From IMG/VR virus record IMGVR_UViG_3300002143_000235, positions 62,001 to 126,000 of that record: DNA of 64,000 nucleotides; one strand, given 5' to 3'. The notes beneath the pieces are model-generated. The model was given only the letters and a program-made list of their open reading frames with translations. It searched no databases and was not told the origin of the DNA. This document shows positions 46,280 to 55,912 of the stretch, piece by piece (the stretch's first letter is position 1; every line of letters starts with the position of its first letter). The position numbers were made by a program, and so were the translations under genes.

Positions 46280-47192
46280 TTGCAAGTAGCTGATCAAGTT
46301 TGACAGCAACTTTTTGACCAAATAAGAATGCTTCTTTCTTACGTCTCTTAACATGTCCTGGATAAGTAACGTTTTGTACAAGAATTTGCTTTGTAGCACC
46401 TTCAATATCGCCTGCCTTGAGTTTCTTTAAGAAATCAGATTTACGCATGTTACCGATACCCATATTGTACGTAAGCGAGATCATAGCATCATACATGTTT
46501 TGTGATACAAACACTTTACACTTTTCATCTTTCATATCACGCATAATACGGTCTACACCTTTTTGTGCATCTTTAATATCTTCTAAAAGTAAATCTAATG
46601 CTTGATCTTCTGTAATAGTTGTAACATTTGCTCGCATTTTTGTAATTGATTTACGTTCAGCATGACCATATCCAATAGTAATCATACCATCTTTAATATC
46701 GTATGCTGTAAGTACAGGTTTACCACTACGACCTTCTTCATGTTTTAGAAAATCTATAAGTGTATCAGAATATGTTGTTGGAGTTTTAAACTGTGTCATA
46801 TCTATATCTTCCATTGAACCGATCTTAAGATCACTAAATAGTGAAATTGTATCTTTTTTTAATTTTGTATAATCATTACTTGTTGCTTCTTTTGTAGAAC
46901 CAAAAGCGTAACTAATATCAGAAAGTGCAATTGATCCAGCAAAAGCTACCAAAGCATACTTCACTATATCACGTTTCATTGTGTATGGAAGCGTTACAAT
47001 CTTATCAAGTACTTCAGCAAAGACTTTCTTAAAACTTACATTCTTTTTACTTTCTTCCTGAATATCATTCTTAATCATCAATACGTCTTCACGCATACCA
47101 TATGGTAATGTATCAAGATAGCCAGTTTCAAACGATGAATTGAATTCACGGATGAGTTGATATTTTTTAAATTCAAGAAAATCTGTAATCAT
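46272..47192 (-). CDS. GH24 lysozyme with N-terminal extension of about 140 aa
   Basis: HEEG...AYDIKDGMITIGYGH, YDAMISLTYNMG, RRKKEAFLF. Confidence 0.88.
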   Translation of the reverse strand: MITDFLEFKKYQLIREFNSSFETGYLDTLPYGMREDVLMIKNDIQEESKKNVSFKKVFAEVLDKIVTLPYTMKRDIVKYALVAFAGSIALSDISYAFGSTKEATSNDYTKLKKDTISLFSDLKIGSMEDIDMTQFKTPTTYSDTLIDFLKHEEGRSGKPVLTAYDIKDGMITIGYGHAERKSITKMRANVTTITEDQALDLLLEDIKDAQKGVDRIMRDMKDEKCKVFVSQNMYDAMISLTYNMGIGNMRKSDFLKKLKAGDIEGATKQILVQNVTYPGHVKRRKKEAFLFGQKVAVKLDQLLAIK

Positions 47193-47215
47193 ACATTATA
47201 TATCCAGAATTTTTA

Positions 47216-47233
47216 CTATATTTGTAATCTAAA
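47216..47233 (+). promoter_or_regulatory. Early promoter; identical 18-mer CTATATTTGTAATCTAAA repeated at 47523..47540
   Basis: TATATTTG consensus; the two copies flank ORF 47237..47515. Confidence 0.7.
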
Positions 47234-47236
47234 CAA

Positions 47237-47515
47237 ATGTGTATGGGAACTATTTTAGTATGTCTTATCATGATTGGTGGTGGTTACAGCATGTATCGAA
47301 TAATGAAAATTGCTGAAAAAATCTTTACTACAATCAGAGATATTGAGACACGAGCAAATGCGACAAACGATCTTACCGAGCTAGAAGGATTATGGGATGA
47401 GCTGATTACTATCAGTAAAGAATCATTTCATAAAACAACTGGCGCACGAGTAAAAGAAGTCGCGGTGATGCTAAAAACAAAATATAAAGTACTAAAAGAA
47501 GTACAAGGTAAATAA
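47237..47515 (+). CDS. Small membrane-anchored protein
   Basis: N-terminal hydrophobic segment. Confidence 0.6.
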   Translation: MCMGTILVCLIMIGGGYSMYRIMKIAEKIFTTIRDIETRANATNDLTELEGLWDELITISKESFHKTTGARVKEVAVMLKTKYKVLKEVQGK

Positions 47516-47553
47516 ATTTTACCTATATTTGTAATCTAAATAAGAAACAAAAC

Positions 47554-48075
47554 ATGGAAGGTTCACAAAATGAATTTCAATCATTTAAGGATTTATGTGC
47601 TGAGATTGATTATCAATCTGTGTACACATATGAGCAGCGTGTAGATTTCTTTAATAAATATAAACTTTCAACTGCAAAAAAATTCATCAATCCTGTAATG
47701 TTACTTACAGAACACTTATTGAAAGCTGGTGGTCAATATACTGAATATTCTGGATTTGAATTCAATGGTATATCACATTCCGGTGCCGTTCAATCTGCTT
47801 TCAATAAAAAATTAGAAGAAGGTGTAAATGATTTTGTAACCATTGATCAAAAAGGTGAAACAACTTGGGTGTATCGTGTTTTCCATCATCCATATAATAA
47901 CAGTTTACAAAAAAGAGAAAAACTTGAAAGAATAATGTTTATTGAAAAAAAAACATTGGTAACTTTCAAAATTTCTAATTTTACATTTTTTCCAGTTCCA
48001 AATTATTGTTTTTATCGAGCGGCTATTGAATTTTGTAAAGATTTTGGGTTCAATATTAATTTTAAAAATTTTTAA
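47554..48075 (+). CDS. Hypothetical protein
   Basis: 173 aa. Confidence 0.7.
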   Translation: MEGSQNEFQSFKDLCAEIDYQSVYTYEQRVDFFNKYKLSTAKKFINPVMLLTEHLLKAGGQYTEYSGFEFNGISHSGAVQSAFNKKLEEGVNDFVTIDQKGETTWVYRVFHHPYNNSLQKREKLERIMFIEKKTLVTFKISNFTFFPVPNYCFYRAAIEFCKDFGFNINFKNF

Positions 48076-48089
48076 AAACAATTATAAAA

Positions 48090-49091
48090 ATGGGCGGTCA
48101 AGCACTAAAAAATACATTTACTAGACGATATCAAAAAGATGAGTTCGACAAAATCGCACCAGTGATTAAAGAGAAATTATTGAAGGTATTTCCAAAAGTA
48201 GATATGCCAAAATATTTTCGATTTAAACCTAGTTTTGGTGATGCAGATTTTGTATGTATGGCTACGGATAAAAATATAGACTTTGAGAAATTCTTTGTTG
48301 ATGAATTTCAATCGAAAGAAATTTTTAAGAATGGTCATGTTTATTCAATTGAATATAAAGAATTACAAGTAGACATTATCATAACACCAGAAAAAGCATA
48401 TGAAACATCTTTATCATATTTTGCTTGGAACGATTGTGGAAATTTAATTGGAAAGGTTGCACATCGTTTCGGTTTGAAATGGGGTTACAAGGGATTGGTG
48501 TACAAATACACAATCGATGGTAAGAAACTCGGTGAATTTGTTATCACTACTGATTACCGTAAAGCCCTTGCATTTCTTGGATTTGATGTTGCGAGATACG
48601 ATGAAGGATTCGACAATCTGCAAGAGATCTTTGACTTTGTTACATCTTCAAAATATTTCAATCCTTGGATGTTTGATTTTGAAACATTGAATCGTATCAA
48701 CCGTGAACGTGATCAGAAACGTGCAACTTATGCGGCATTCGTTGAACACGTTGCACCAATGAAAGAAATCGGTAGAGAACAATACCATTATTTCTATCAT
48801 GATAAGAAAGCGTACCTTGCACTTATTGATGCATCTTTTCCAGGGTTTTTTAGAAAATATAGAGGCCTTGAGAAAAAAGAAGAACGTAAACGTGCAGTTC
48901 ATGCTTTGTACAATGGTAGATTGATTATGGAAGCCTACCCGACATTATCAGGTAAATTTCTTGGAACAGCAATGCACGCATTTTCTGATTCATTCGCAAA
49001 CCTTGAAGCAATGGAGGATTGGATTCTTGAAACAAATGATACAGAAAAAATTCTGGAACATTTCGCAAATATTACACGACTTACGCTTTAA
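48090..49091 (+). CDS. Nucleotidyltransferase-like protein
   Basis: KPSFGDADF (G-DxD), ELQVDII third acidic residue. Confidence 0.65.
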   Translation: MGGQALKNTFTRRYQKDEFDKIAPVIKEKLLKVFPKVDMPKYFRFKPSFGDADFVCMATDKNIDFEKFFVDEFQSKEIFKNGHVYSIEYKELQVDIIITPEKAYETSLSYFAWNDCGNLIGKVAHRFGLKWGYKGLVYKYTIDGKKLGEFVITTDYRKALAFLGFDVARYDEGFDNLQEIFDFVTSSKYFNPWMFDFETLNRINRERDQKRATYAAFVEHVAPMKEIGREQYHYFYHDKKAYLALIDASFPGFFRKYRGLEKKEERKRAVHALYNGRLIMEAYPTLSGKFLGTAMHAFSDSFANLEAMEDWILETNDTEKILEHFANITRLTL

Positions 49092-49118
49092 GTCAATTAT
49101 TTTTACTATATTCGAGAC

Positions 49119-49580
49119 ATGCAAATGCAACTTCAAAAGATACAAGATATTTTAGGTAATGATTACATCGCGATCGTTATTGATGGTGATTTCATAAAAG
49201 AAATTATCACAGGACTTACTGATAAGATCTCTGATTTTGACAAGTACAATGAGAAGTTGCTTGCACGTAATCATGGAACATACCACATCACTGTGTTCAA
49301 CGTAATGGAATGTCAAAAGAATATTGATTGTTTACATTATGCTGGTACCACTATTGATGATGTAGTTTTCAAAGGTGTTGGATCAATTGAGAAGAACGAA
49401 CAGACAACAATGTTTGTCGTTGTTAATTCTGATACCATTCAGAAAATACGTTGTGATGCTGGATTTGCTGACAAAGATCTTCATATAACAGTTGGATTTA
49501 CTGACAAAGATCTATTCCATGCACGAAAAAATGAGTGCAATGTTGTAACCTTTGCTGGTTATTTACGATCGCTTGGATAA
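49119..49580 (+). CDS. 2H phosphoesterase (Swiss-army-knife type)
   Basis: YHITVF and DLHITVGF. Confidence 0.8.
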   Translation: MQMQLQKIQDILGNDYIAIVIDGDFIKEIITGLTDKISDFDKYNEKLLARNHGTYHITVFNVMECQKNIDCLHYAGTTIDDVVFKGVGSIEKNEQTTMFVVVNSDTIQKIRCDAGFADKDLHITVGFTDKDLFHARKNECNVVTFAGYLRSLG

Positions 49581-49640
49581 ATTAATTGATGTTTTTTTGA
49601 AAAAAACGCGGTAAAAGTTTTTTTATATCAAATACTTTGC

Positions 49641-49665
49641 TATCTTCGTATTGTTCAATTAATAA
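49641..49665 (+). promoter_or_regulatory. Early promoter with conserved leader
   Basis: TATCTTCG + TATTGTTCAATTAATAA. Confidence 0.6.
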
Positions 49666-49672
49666 ATACAAT

Positions 49673-50098
49673 ATGTCAGTTACTTATTTTAAAATTCAAA
49701 ATCTCGATAACAATACACAAGAAGATAAAATCTTCGCTATTGGGAAAGCTATGTTAGAGTTTTTAACTGAAGACGAAATTGATGAATTAGTATTTGATAC
49801 TTACAAAGACAATGAGATTGCAATAGCATTCTTACCTGAGTACAAAATTAATCGTCTTCGTACTGTATTTGTTGATGCAGAAATTCTTATTGAAGAAATC
49901 GATATCACTGATTTCATCTTAACTGGAGAAATTCAAAAAAACAAATTCATGAGTGATATTTTCAAAGATGAAAACGCATTGGTATCACTTGAAAAATTCT
50001 TACGTAATAATTTAACAGCTGATTTAATCTTGGATAAAATCAGTGATTTGGGTGTAGAGTTTTTAACTGAATTAGATAAAGAAATTTTAAGCGCATAA
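49673..50098 (+). CDS. Hypothetical protein (start MSVTY)
   Basis: ATG downstream of the leader. Confidence 0.7.
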   Translation: MSVTYFKIQNLDNNTQEDKIFAIGKAMLEFLTEDEIDELVFDTYKDNEIAIAFLPEYKINRLRTVFVDAEILIEEIDITDFILTGEIQKNKFMSDIFKDENALVSLEKFLRNNLTADLILDKISDLGVEFLTELDKEILSA

Positions 50099-50126
50099 AA
50101 AAAGCCGATCAAATTTGATCGGCTTT
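50097..50126. terminator. Bidirectional terminator
   Basis: AAAGCCGATCAA/TTGATCGGCTTT between convergent genes. Confidence 0.8.
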
Positions 50127-50149
50127 GCTTTTATTTAATTTTGTAGAAC

Positions 50150-50854
50150 TTACGCTCCAGCTGTTTGGCTTGTTGTACCAGCAGCAAGTTTGTTAAGACC
50201 TTTAGCACCTTCTTTGTACATTACAATAATTTTATCACCTTGATTAAATGTTGATAATGTTCCTAAATAATTATTTTTTGCTGCAACTTTGTTGACAATA
50301 TCTGCAGAGTAAGGAACTGTTTTATTATCTCCGTGTTGTTTGAAAAGAAGAGTCTTTCCAGAGAATTTACTTTCAATTTCTTTAATACGTGCATCAAATG
50401 CTGTTTTCTTTTCAGCAATTTCTTCTTTTGTACCACCTTTAAAGAATGAACCTAATCCTTCTTCAAGAGCTGTAGCATCCATTTCTTGTGCACCTGGTTG
50501 AGCATCCATACCCATACCCATACCCATACCGTCACCATCTTGAACGTCAGTTTCAGAAGTTTCTTCAAGTGAGTTCATTACATCAAAGATCATTTCTAAT
50601 TGCGCGTCGCTGAGTACTGGCTCTGCATCCTGACCTTCTTCAAGTTCAGCTGTATAGTCATTGTATTTTGCCATGTAAGCATCCTTAAACGCATCAAAAG
50701 TAAGTTCGTCAGATACTTCTTCTTCTTGTGCTCCAGGTTGTACATCAGTATCAATCGGTTGCGCTGTTGCATCACCGTCGACACCATCAAGGATGTTTTC
50801 GTTGAGACGCGCATTTTTGCGTTCAGCGATAAACTGATTAACTGTAGTGTACAT
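50150..50854 (-). CDS. Acidic putative internal head protein
   Basis: MYTTVNQF...RLNE N-terminus, LEE sites, low complexity. Confidence 0.65.
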   Translation of the reverse strand: MYTTVNQFIAERKNARLNENILDGVDGDATAQPIDTDVQPGAQEEEVSDELTFDAFKDAYMAKYNDYTAELEEGQDAEPVLSDAQLEMIFDVMNSLEETSETDVQDGDGMGMGMGMDAQPGAQEMDATALEEGLGSFFKGGTKEEIAEKKTAFDARIKEIESKFSGKTLLFKQHGDNKTVPYSADIVNKVAAKNNYLGTLSTFNQGDKIIVMYKEGAKGLNKLAAGTTSQTAGA

Positions 50855-50897
50855 ATTTTTTTGTTTTTCTTTTTATATAGTATTATTATAAACTGGA

Positions 50898-51383
50898 TTA
50901 TTGTACAGGTTGTGTCTGAACTCCTGGTTGAGCTTGAGCTTGAACTTGAACTCCTGGTTGTGCTAATGGCTCTTCAGTTTGAACAGGTACGAGAGGTTGC
51001 GCAGCTGGTTCATTTATTTCACCTGTAACAGTACCGGTATTATCTGGTTCTTCTTGTACTAATGGTTGTGCTGGTTCAATTGTGTCTGTTGCCTCACTTG
51101 GAGCTGCACTCATTTCACCTATAATTTTAGCAACAGGAATAGATTCAATATTCAAATATGTTGATTTAATAAAAGATATAAAAAGCTCAGCCATTTCCAT
51201 GTCACTAAACATTTCACGTGGATCTACACCATTTTCTTTTTTAGCTTTGCTTACGAAAGCATTAATAAGTGATCTAGGAACTTCAAATGTAGCACGGACA
51301 TTCCACATATCACCCATCTTAAATGTTGATTCGTTAATTGAACCAAGTCGTTCTACAAGGATTTGTTCTTTTGTTTTTAACAT
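50898..51383 (-). CDS. Putative internal head protein (start MLKTKEQ)
   Basis: ILVER..SINES; Pro/Gln-rich tail; ATATATA upstream. Confidence 0.6.
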   Translation of the reverse strand: MLKTKEQILVERLGSINESTFKMGDMWNVRATFEVPRSLINAFVSKAKKENGVDPREMFSDMEMAELFISFIKSTYLNIESIPVAKIIGEMSAAPSEATDTIEPAQPLVQEEPDNTGTVTGEINEPAAQPLVPVQTEEPLAQPGVQVQAQAQPGVQTQPVQ

Positions 51384-51424
51384 GATTGTTATATTTTTGT
51401 TTTTATATATCAACGGTCAATACT

Positions 51425-52159
51425 TTATTTTGCTAGACTGTAACCGGTAATACCACCACCAACAAAAATAAGTCCACCTGCAGTCATGAATATAGGTTTT
51501 TTGTTTTTTTGAAACCATTTTCCAAATTTTGACTTGGGTTGATCTGTTGGTATGATATAATTTTGCATAGAATTAATTTTTAAATCTGGATCATCAATTT
51601 TATATTTTACAAGTATTGATTTATCTTTTTGTCTTTCATATGTTGTTTGAATATTAAACCTGTAATCATAATCAAAAGTAAAAACTATAGATTCATCTAA
51701 TTTTATTGATGATTTCCATTGTAGATTCTTACTGGTGTCAGCTTCAGCAAAAGTAAGTTCAGTACCCTTTGCAAATAATATAGAGTCACCAATCATCCTT
51801 CCTGGGTTTGTTTCAAGTGTTTCAAGAATAAATCCTTGACGTTGAAGTTCTGCTTGTGATGATGCAATTAGACCTTTGATCTTTGTTAATTCATTATAAT
51901 ACGCTTGTTGTTCTTTTGATAATGTTTTAAAATAAGCGGAATTTACAAGATCATTAATATCAATCTCAGGTGACTGTTTTGACCACACTAATTTACCATC
52001 TTCAAACTCTTTATGAATTGAATCATTAAGAGCTGTGATTGTTTGTTCATATCGATCAAATCGTTCGTTCACATTATTATTGTTATTCCACATATAGGCT
52101 CCAATTAAGCCCATAACGACTATTGCAAGTATGTAGATTATTTCTCTTGTTTTGTTCAT
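51425..52159 (-). CDS. Membrane protein (N-terminal TM, coiled coil), possibly spanin-like
   Basis: IIYILAIVVMGLIGAYMW; hydrophobic C-terminus. Confidence 0.55.
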   Translation of the reverse strand: MNKTREIIYILAIVVMGLIGAYMWNNNNNVNERFDRYEQTITALNDSIHKEFEDGKLVWSKQSPEIDINDLVNSAYFKTLSKEQQAYYNELTKIKGLIASSQAELQRQGFILETLETNPGRMIGDSILFAKGTELTFAEADTSKNLQWKSSIKLDESIVFTFDYDYRFNIQTTYERQKDKSILVKYKIDDPDLKINSMQNYIIPTDQPKSKFGKWFQKNKKPIFMTAGGLIFVGGGITGYSLAK

Positions 52160-52310
52160 TGTCTGTGTTCAGTTTTTAAATTCAATTATGTATATGTTTG
52201 ACTATAGTATTTATATATCATATGTGGCACACTTTTAAGCCATTTTTATTTCAGCCTAGAAATTAGTGATACAATATATACTTTAAAGTCAATAACCAAA
52301 CAATTACACA

Positions 52311-54161
52311 ATGGCTGTTAATTCACGTTTCATACAAGTAAATCCAGATGCTCTAATTGAGTTTATTCAAGATGATCAATTATTCTACGAAGACGAGTAT
52401 TCAATTATTCGTGATGTAAAGAATAATACAACTTCTTTTGCATTTAGTGCATCAGCAACGGATCCGGATAATTATAACAAAATTCCTGATCAACTTTATT
52501 TAATTGATAGTTTAATTAATCGATATGGTGTTGCAGATCCTACAACTAAATCATTTTTACAGGAATCACAGTTTGTAAACAATCAGCCATCACGTTTTGA
52601 TAAGATCAAGATTTGGTTTCCCATTCATTATGTATTTCCAAATGCTACTGGGTTCTATTTACGTTTGTCAACAATGGATTATAGTAATCAAACGTCATAT
52701 AATCTTGCAAACTTCTTTTTAGATACATCTCTTCCTGGTTCTCAATCTAAGATTGTCAATGAAACAAAACCATTTAGATTAAATCAAAAACTTTGGGGAA
52801 AAAGTATTACACTTTATGTACCAAGTGTTTATGATGAATCACGTCTTAGAACTGGTAATTTTCCAGATCCTGGAACGATTAATACCAATTTAACATCAGG
52901 TGTTGGTTTATCACAAACAAGTCCAGTATATTTTGATTTTAGGTTTTTATCAAGTAAATCTATTATTCTTGGTGAGACAACATATATTACAACACCACAA
53001 TTGATTACAAATTTATCTCAAGCTCCTGAATATAATACATTAGGTGTTAAGATAGAACACGCAGATGATGGAGATTACTTTAAAATTAATGGACTTTACA
53101 ATGGTTCAGCTGGTGATTTTGAAGTATTTATGAATACGCTTGAAGAAAGTGGTCGTAGAAGTTATATTATGTATTCAATTACAGTATATGAAGAAAATAT
53201 TCCTCAAACACCACAAGAAATGTATGTTTATCAAGATTTTCTTCGAGGAATTGAAACATACAGACCAGTGCTTAGACATACAAATACTGTAGCAAGTATC
53301 AGAGTTGATATGAAACTTATTAATGCTGTAGATGGATCTGTTATTACAAAAACAGCAGAACTTACACTTACGGGGAATGAAGTTGCTAAATATGGTAAAT
53401 ATGTTACACCTATTAATGTAACCAATGCAATCAAACCTAAATTATATAACTCTAAACCAAGTCAACTAACATTACCAGCAAATGACGTACTTAGTGCACA
53501 TTTAAAACGTAGACCACAAAAGAAAACAGAAATCAAATTTGTTCCATATCCTGTTCTTACAGATAGAAATAATATTGTAGCACAAGAAGTCACAACATTA
53601 AAAAATGGATCTACTTTTGCTGGATTTGGTGATTTAACAATTAAGCTCACACCATTTGATAATGTGTTACGTTTTGCGATATACAAACAGGGTTCAAGTA
53701 GTGATGTTTCACCATTTGAGATTCCAATTGCTAATACAACTGTAAATTTTATCATTAAGACAACCTCTAAGGAAGTTAGAGTTCCATTGTATATCAATTC
53801 TAATGAAGTTAATTTAGGAGGTGGTGTGGTAGTCTTTAAACTCACGTCAGCTGATATGACTTTGATTAATACACTTCAGGCACAAACAAATGTATTTTAT
53901 ATAACGCTTACAACAAACGGTATTGAAACGGCTTTATATGATGGTAAGTTTGAATTATTATCTAATGCACCACGTAAACCAATTACACAAGTTCTTTCAC
54001 AAATTAATGGTAGATCACTTGTAAAACGTCCTACATTTAATAAAGGCGTAGATGATGTTAGAGTTACAAATATTGTTTCACAGTTTTCATTAAAACAAGA
54101 TGTGATATCACAGCTTAAGAATGTTAGTTTAACAACAAATCAATTAAAAAGATTAAAGTAA
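52311..54161 (+). CDS. Hypothetical virion protein
   Basis: 616 aa, beta-rich, ATATATA upstream. Confidence 0.65.
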   Translation: MAVNSRFIQVNPDALIEFIQDDQLFYEDEYSIIRDVKNNTTSFAFSASATDPDNYNKIPDQLYLIDSLINRYGVADPTTKSFLQESQFVNNQPSRFDKIKIWFPIHYVFPNATGFYLRLSTMDYSNQTSYNLANFFLDTSLPGSQSKIVNETKPFRLNQKLWGKSITLYVPSVYDESRLRTGNFPDPGTINTNLTSGVGLSQTSPVYFDFRFLSSKSIILGETTYITTPQLITNLSQAPEYNTLGVKIEHADDGDYFKINGLYNGSAGDFEVFMNTLEESGRRSYIMYSITVYEENIPQTPQEMYVYQDFLRGIETYRPVLRHTNTVASIRVDMKLINAVDGSVITKTAELTLTGNEVAKYGKYVTPINVTNAIKPKLYNSKPSQLTLPANDVLSAHLKRRPQKKTEIKFVPYPVLTDRNNIVAQEVTTLKNGSTFAGFGDLTIKLTPFDNVLRFAIYKQGSSSDVSPFEIPIANTTVNFIIKTTSKEVRVPLYINSNEVNLGGGVVVFKLTSADMTLINTLQAQTNVFYITLTTNGIETALYDGKFELLSNAPRKPITQVLSQINGRSLVKRPTFNKGVDDVRVTNIVSQFSLKQDVISQLKNVSLTTNQLKRLK

Positions 54162-54162
54162 G

Positions 54163-54750
54163 ATGAGTAATTTAACAACCCTCAATAATCAATTTGAATT
54201 TACACTCTCACCTTCTTTCATTCCAGAAAGATTAGAGAAGCGTTATCTAGGACTTCTTGGGTCTAAAAGAAAATTGTATAGAAGTGTGATTGATTATATT
54301 AATTCATCTATACTCACAATTACAATGCCATCATTTACAATGGATGTTGCAGCTAATCCACAAGTTACTAGAAGAAAAGAAATTCAATACAAGGCTGTAG
54401 GTAATGTATATGATATGTTTGACAAATCTGTCACAATAACTTTTAAAAATGTCGATTCAAATCTAAATTATTTAATGATACTTGACATATTAACAAATCA
54501 TTATCTAAATACAAAACGTGTATATGATGATAATATTGTAGTTACTGTTGTTGACGAAAACAGATCAGCATTATATCATATACAGTTCAGAGAAGTTATT
54601 TTTACTGGACTCAGTGATAATACTTTTGCATACAATGATGCGGTGATTGGATCCAAAACTTTTACAATGACCTTCACTTACAACTTCTTAGATGTTGAAT
54701 TTGTCAAAGATAAGGTCGATATTATTTCAGGAAACAATTACCAGATGTAA
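54163..54750 (+). CDS. Tail tube/terminator-fold protein (gp3/gp19-like)
   Basis: SVTITFKNVD..LNY, FREVIFTGLSD..F, TFTMTFTYNF. Confidence 0.6.
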   Translation: MSNLTTLNNQFEFTLSPSFIPERLEKRYLGLLGSKRKLYRSVIDYINSSILTITMPSFTMDVAANPQVTRRKEIQYKAVGNVYDMFDKSVTITFKNVDSNLNYLMILDILTNHYLNTKRVYDDNIVVTVVDENRSALYHIQFREVIFTGLSDNTFAYNDAVIGSKTFTMTFTYNFLDVEFVKDKVDIISGNNYQM

Positions 54751-54816
54751 ATATTTTAGTATTTTTTTAAACTTTCATTAGTTGGCACTGTATAAATCAT
54801 ACTTAAATATTTATAC

Positions 54817-55896
54817 ATGATAAACACAGCAACAGGTACAAACATTGGGTTTGAAGACGAGACGGCACAATCAATGGAATTTGCGATAGCTTATGCAACT
54901 TATAATGCAAAGAATCCATCATCAGTCGTTCTATCAGACTCAGTAGTCACAGGCATATTGGTGTCGAAAGATGGCAGATTAGCCATTATCGATATCAATA
55001 ATAAGGCACAGGTATCCGTACCAGTGGACTCAATGGAGAAGTCTATCTTAGATGGACTCGAGGTGGGTAGTTCTACTCAAGTGTACATCACATCTATTAC
55101 TGATAGTAAACGTGAGTACACTATTACTGGTTCGTTGCACCGAATCCGTATGATCGAGGTTGACAATGTGCTGCGTTCAGCATACGAAAACCGTACGATC
55201 ATGACCGGTACACCAACCGAATACAATGACGCAGGTTACACTGTCCTCGTCTATGTAAATGACGAAGAGGTGGCAATGTTTATGCCACACATTCTTACAG
55301 ATGTTAACAAATTACCAGATCCAGCATCAATCATTGGACAAGAGATCAACTTCTTCATTGAAAAATCGATTGAGAACAAGACCTCAATGCTGGCTTCCCG
55401 TAAAGCTTACCTCAAAACACTGATCTCAGCTGAAATCAAGAAACTTGTTAAAAAGGAACTTTACAACGGCCACGTAACAGGAACAGCACCATTCGGTGTA
55501 TTCGTTCAGTTCAACGAGGCACTTACAGGTATGATTCACAAATCAAATCTGTCGGCACAAGCACAGGAATTGCTTGAGAAAGGAGAGATTTCAAACGGAA
55601 CAACAATCGAATTCTTTGTAAAAGATATCGACGTTGAGAAAAAGAAAATTTTCTTGACACAAGTACTTCGTGAATCACTTTGGGATTCAATTCAAATTGA
55701 TGACATCCTTCCAGGAAAAGTTATTAGTGTTAAACAATTTGGTCTACTTGTTGAGCTTGATTACGATACAAAAGGGTTTGTATATGAAACACAATTAAAC
55801 AAACCATTATCAAGTTACAAACCAGGTATGGAATTTGATGTTTATGTTAGAAGCATAGACAAAAACAAACGCCAAATCGCTTTAGGTCTGAACTAA
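54817..55896 (+). CDS. Ribosomal protein S1-like multi-S1-domain protein
   Basis: GHVTGTAPFGVFVQF...GMIHKSNL; GKVISVKQFGLLVEL...VRSIDKNKRQIALGL; two more degenerate N-terminal OB folds. Confidence 0.8.
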   Translation: MINTATGTNIGFEDETAQSMEFAIAYATYNAKNPSSVVLSDSVVTGILVSKDGRLAIIDINNKAQVSVPVDSMEKSILDGLEVGSSTQVYITSITDSKREYTITGSLHRIRMIEVDNVLRSAYENRTIMTGTPTEYNDAGYTVLVYVNDEEVAMFMPHILTDVNKLPDPASIIGQEINFFIEKSIENKTSMLASRKAYLKTLISAEIKKLVKKELYNGHVTGTAPFGVFVQFNEALTGMIHKSNLSAQAQELLEKGEISNGTTIEFFVKDIDVEKKKIFLTQVLRESLWDSIQIDDILPGKVISVKQFGLLVELDYDTKGFVYETQLNKPLSSYKPGMEFDVYVRSIDKNKRQIALGLN

Positions 55897-55912
55897 AAAA
55901 GTTCAAAAAATT

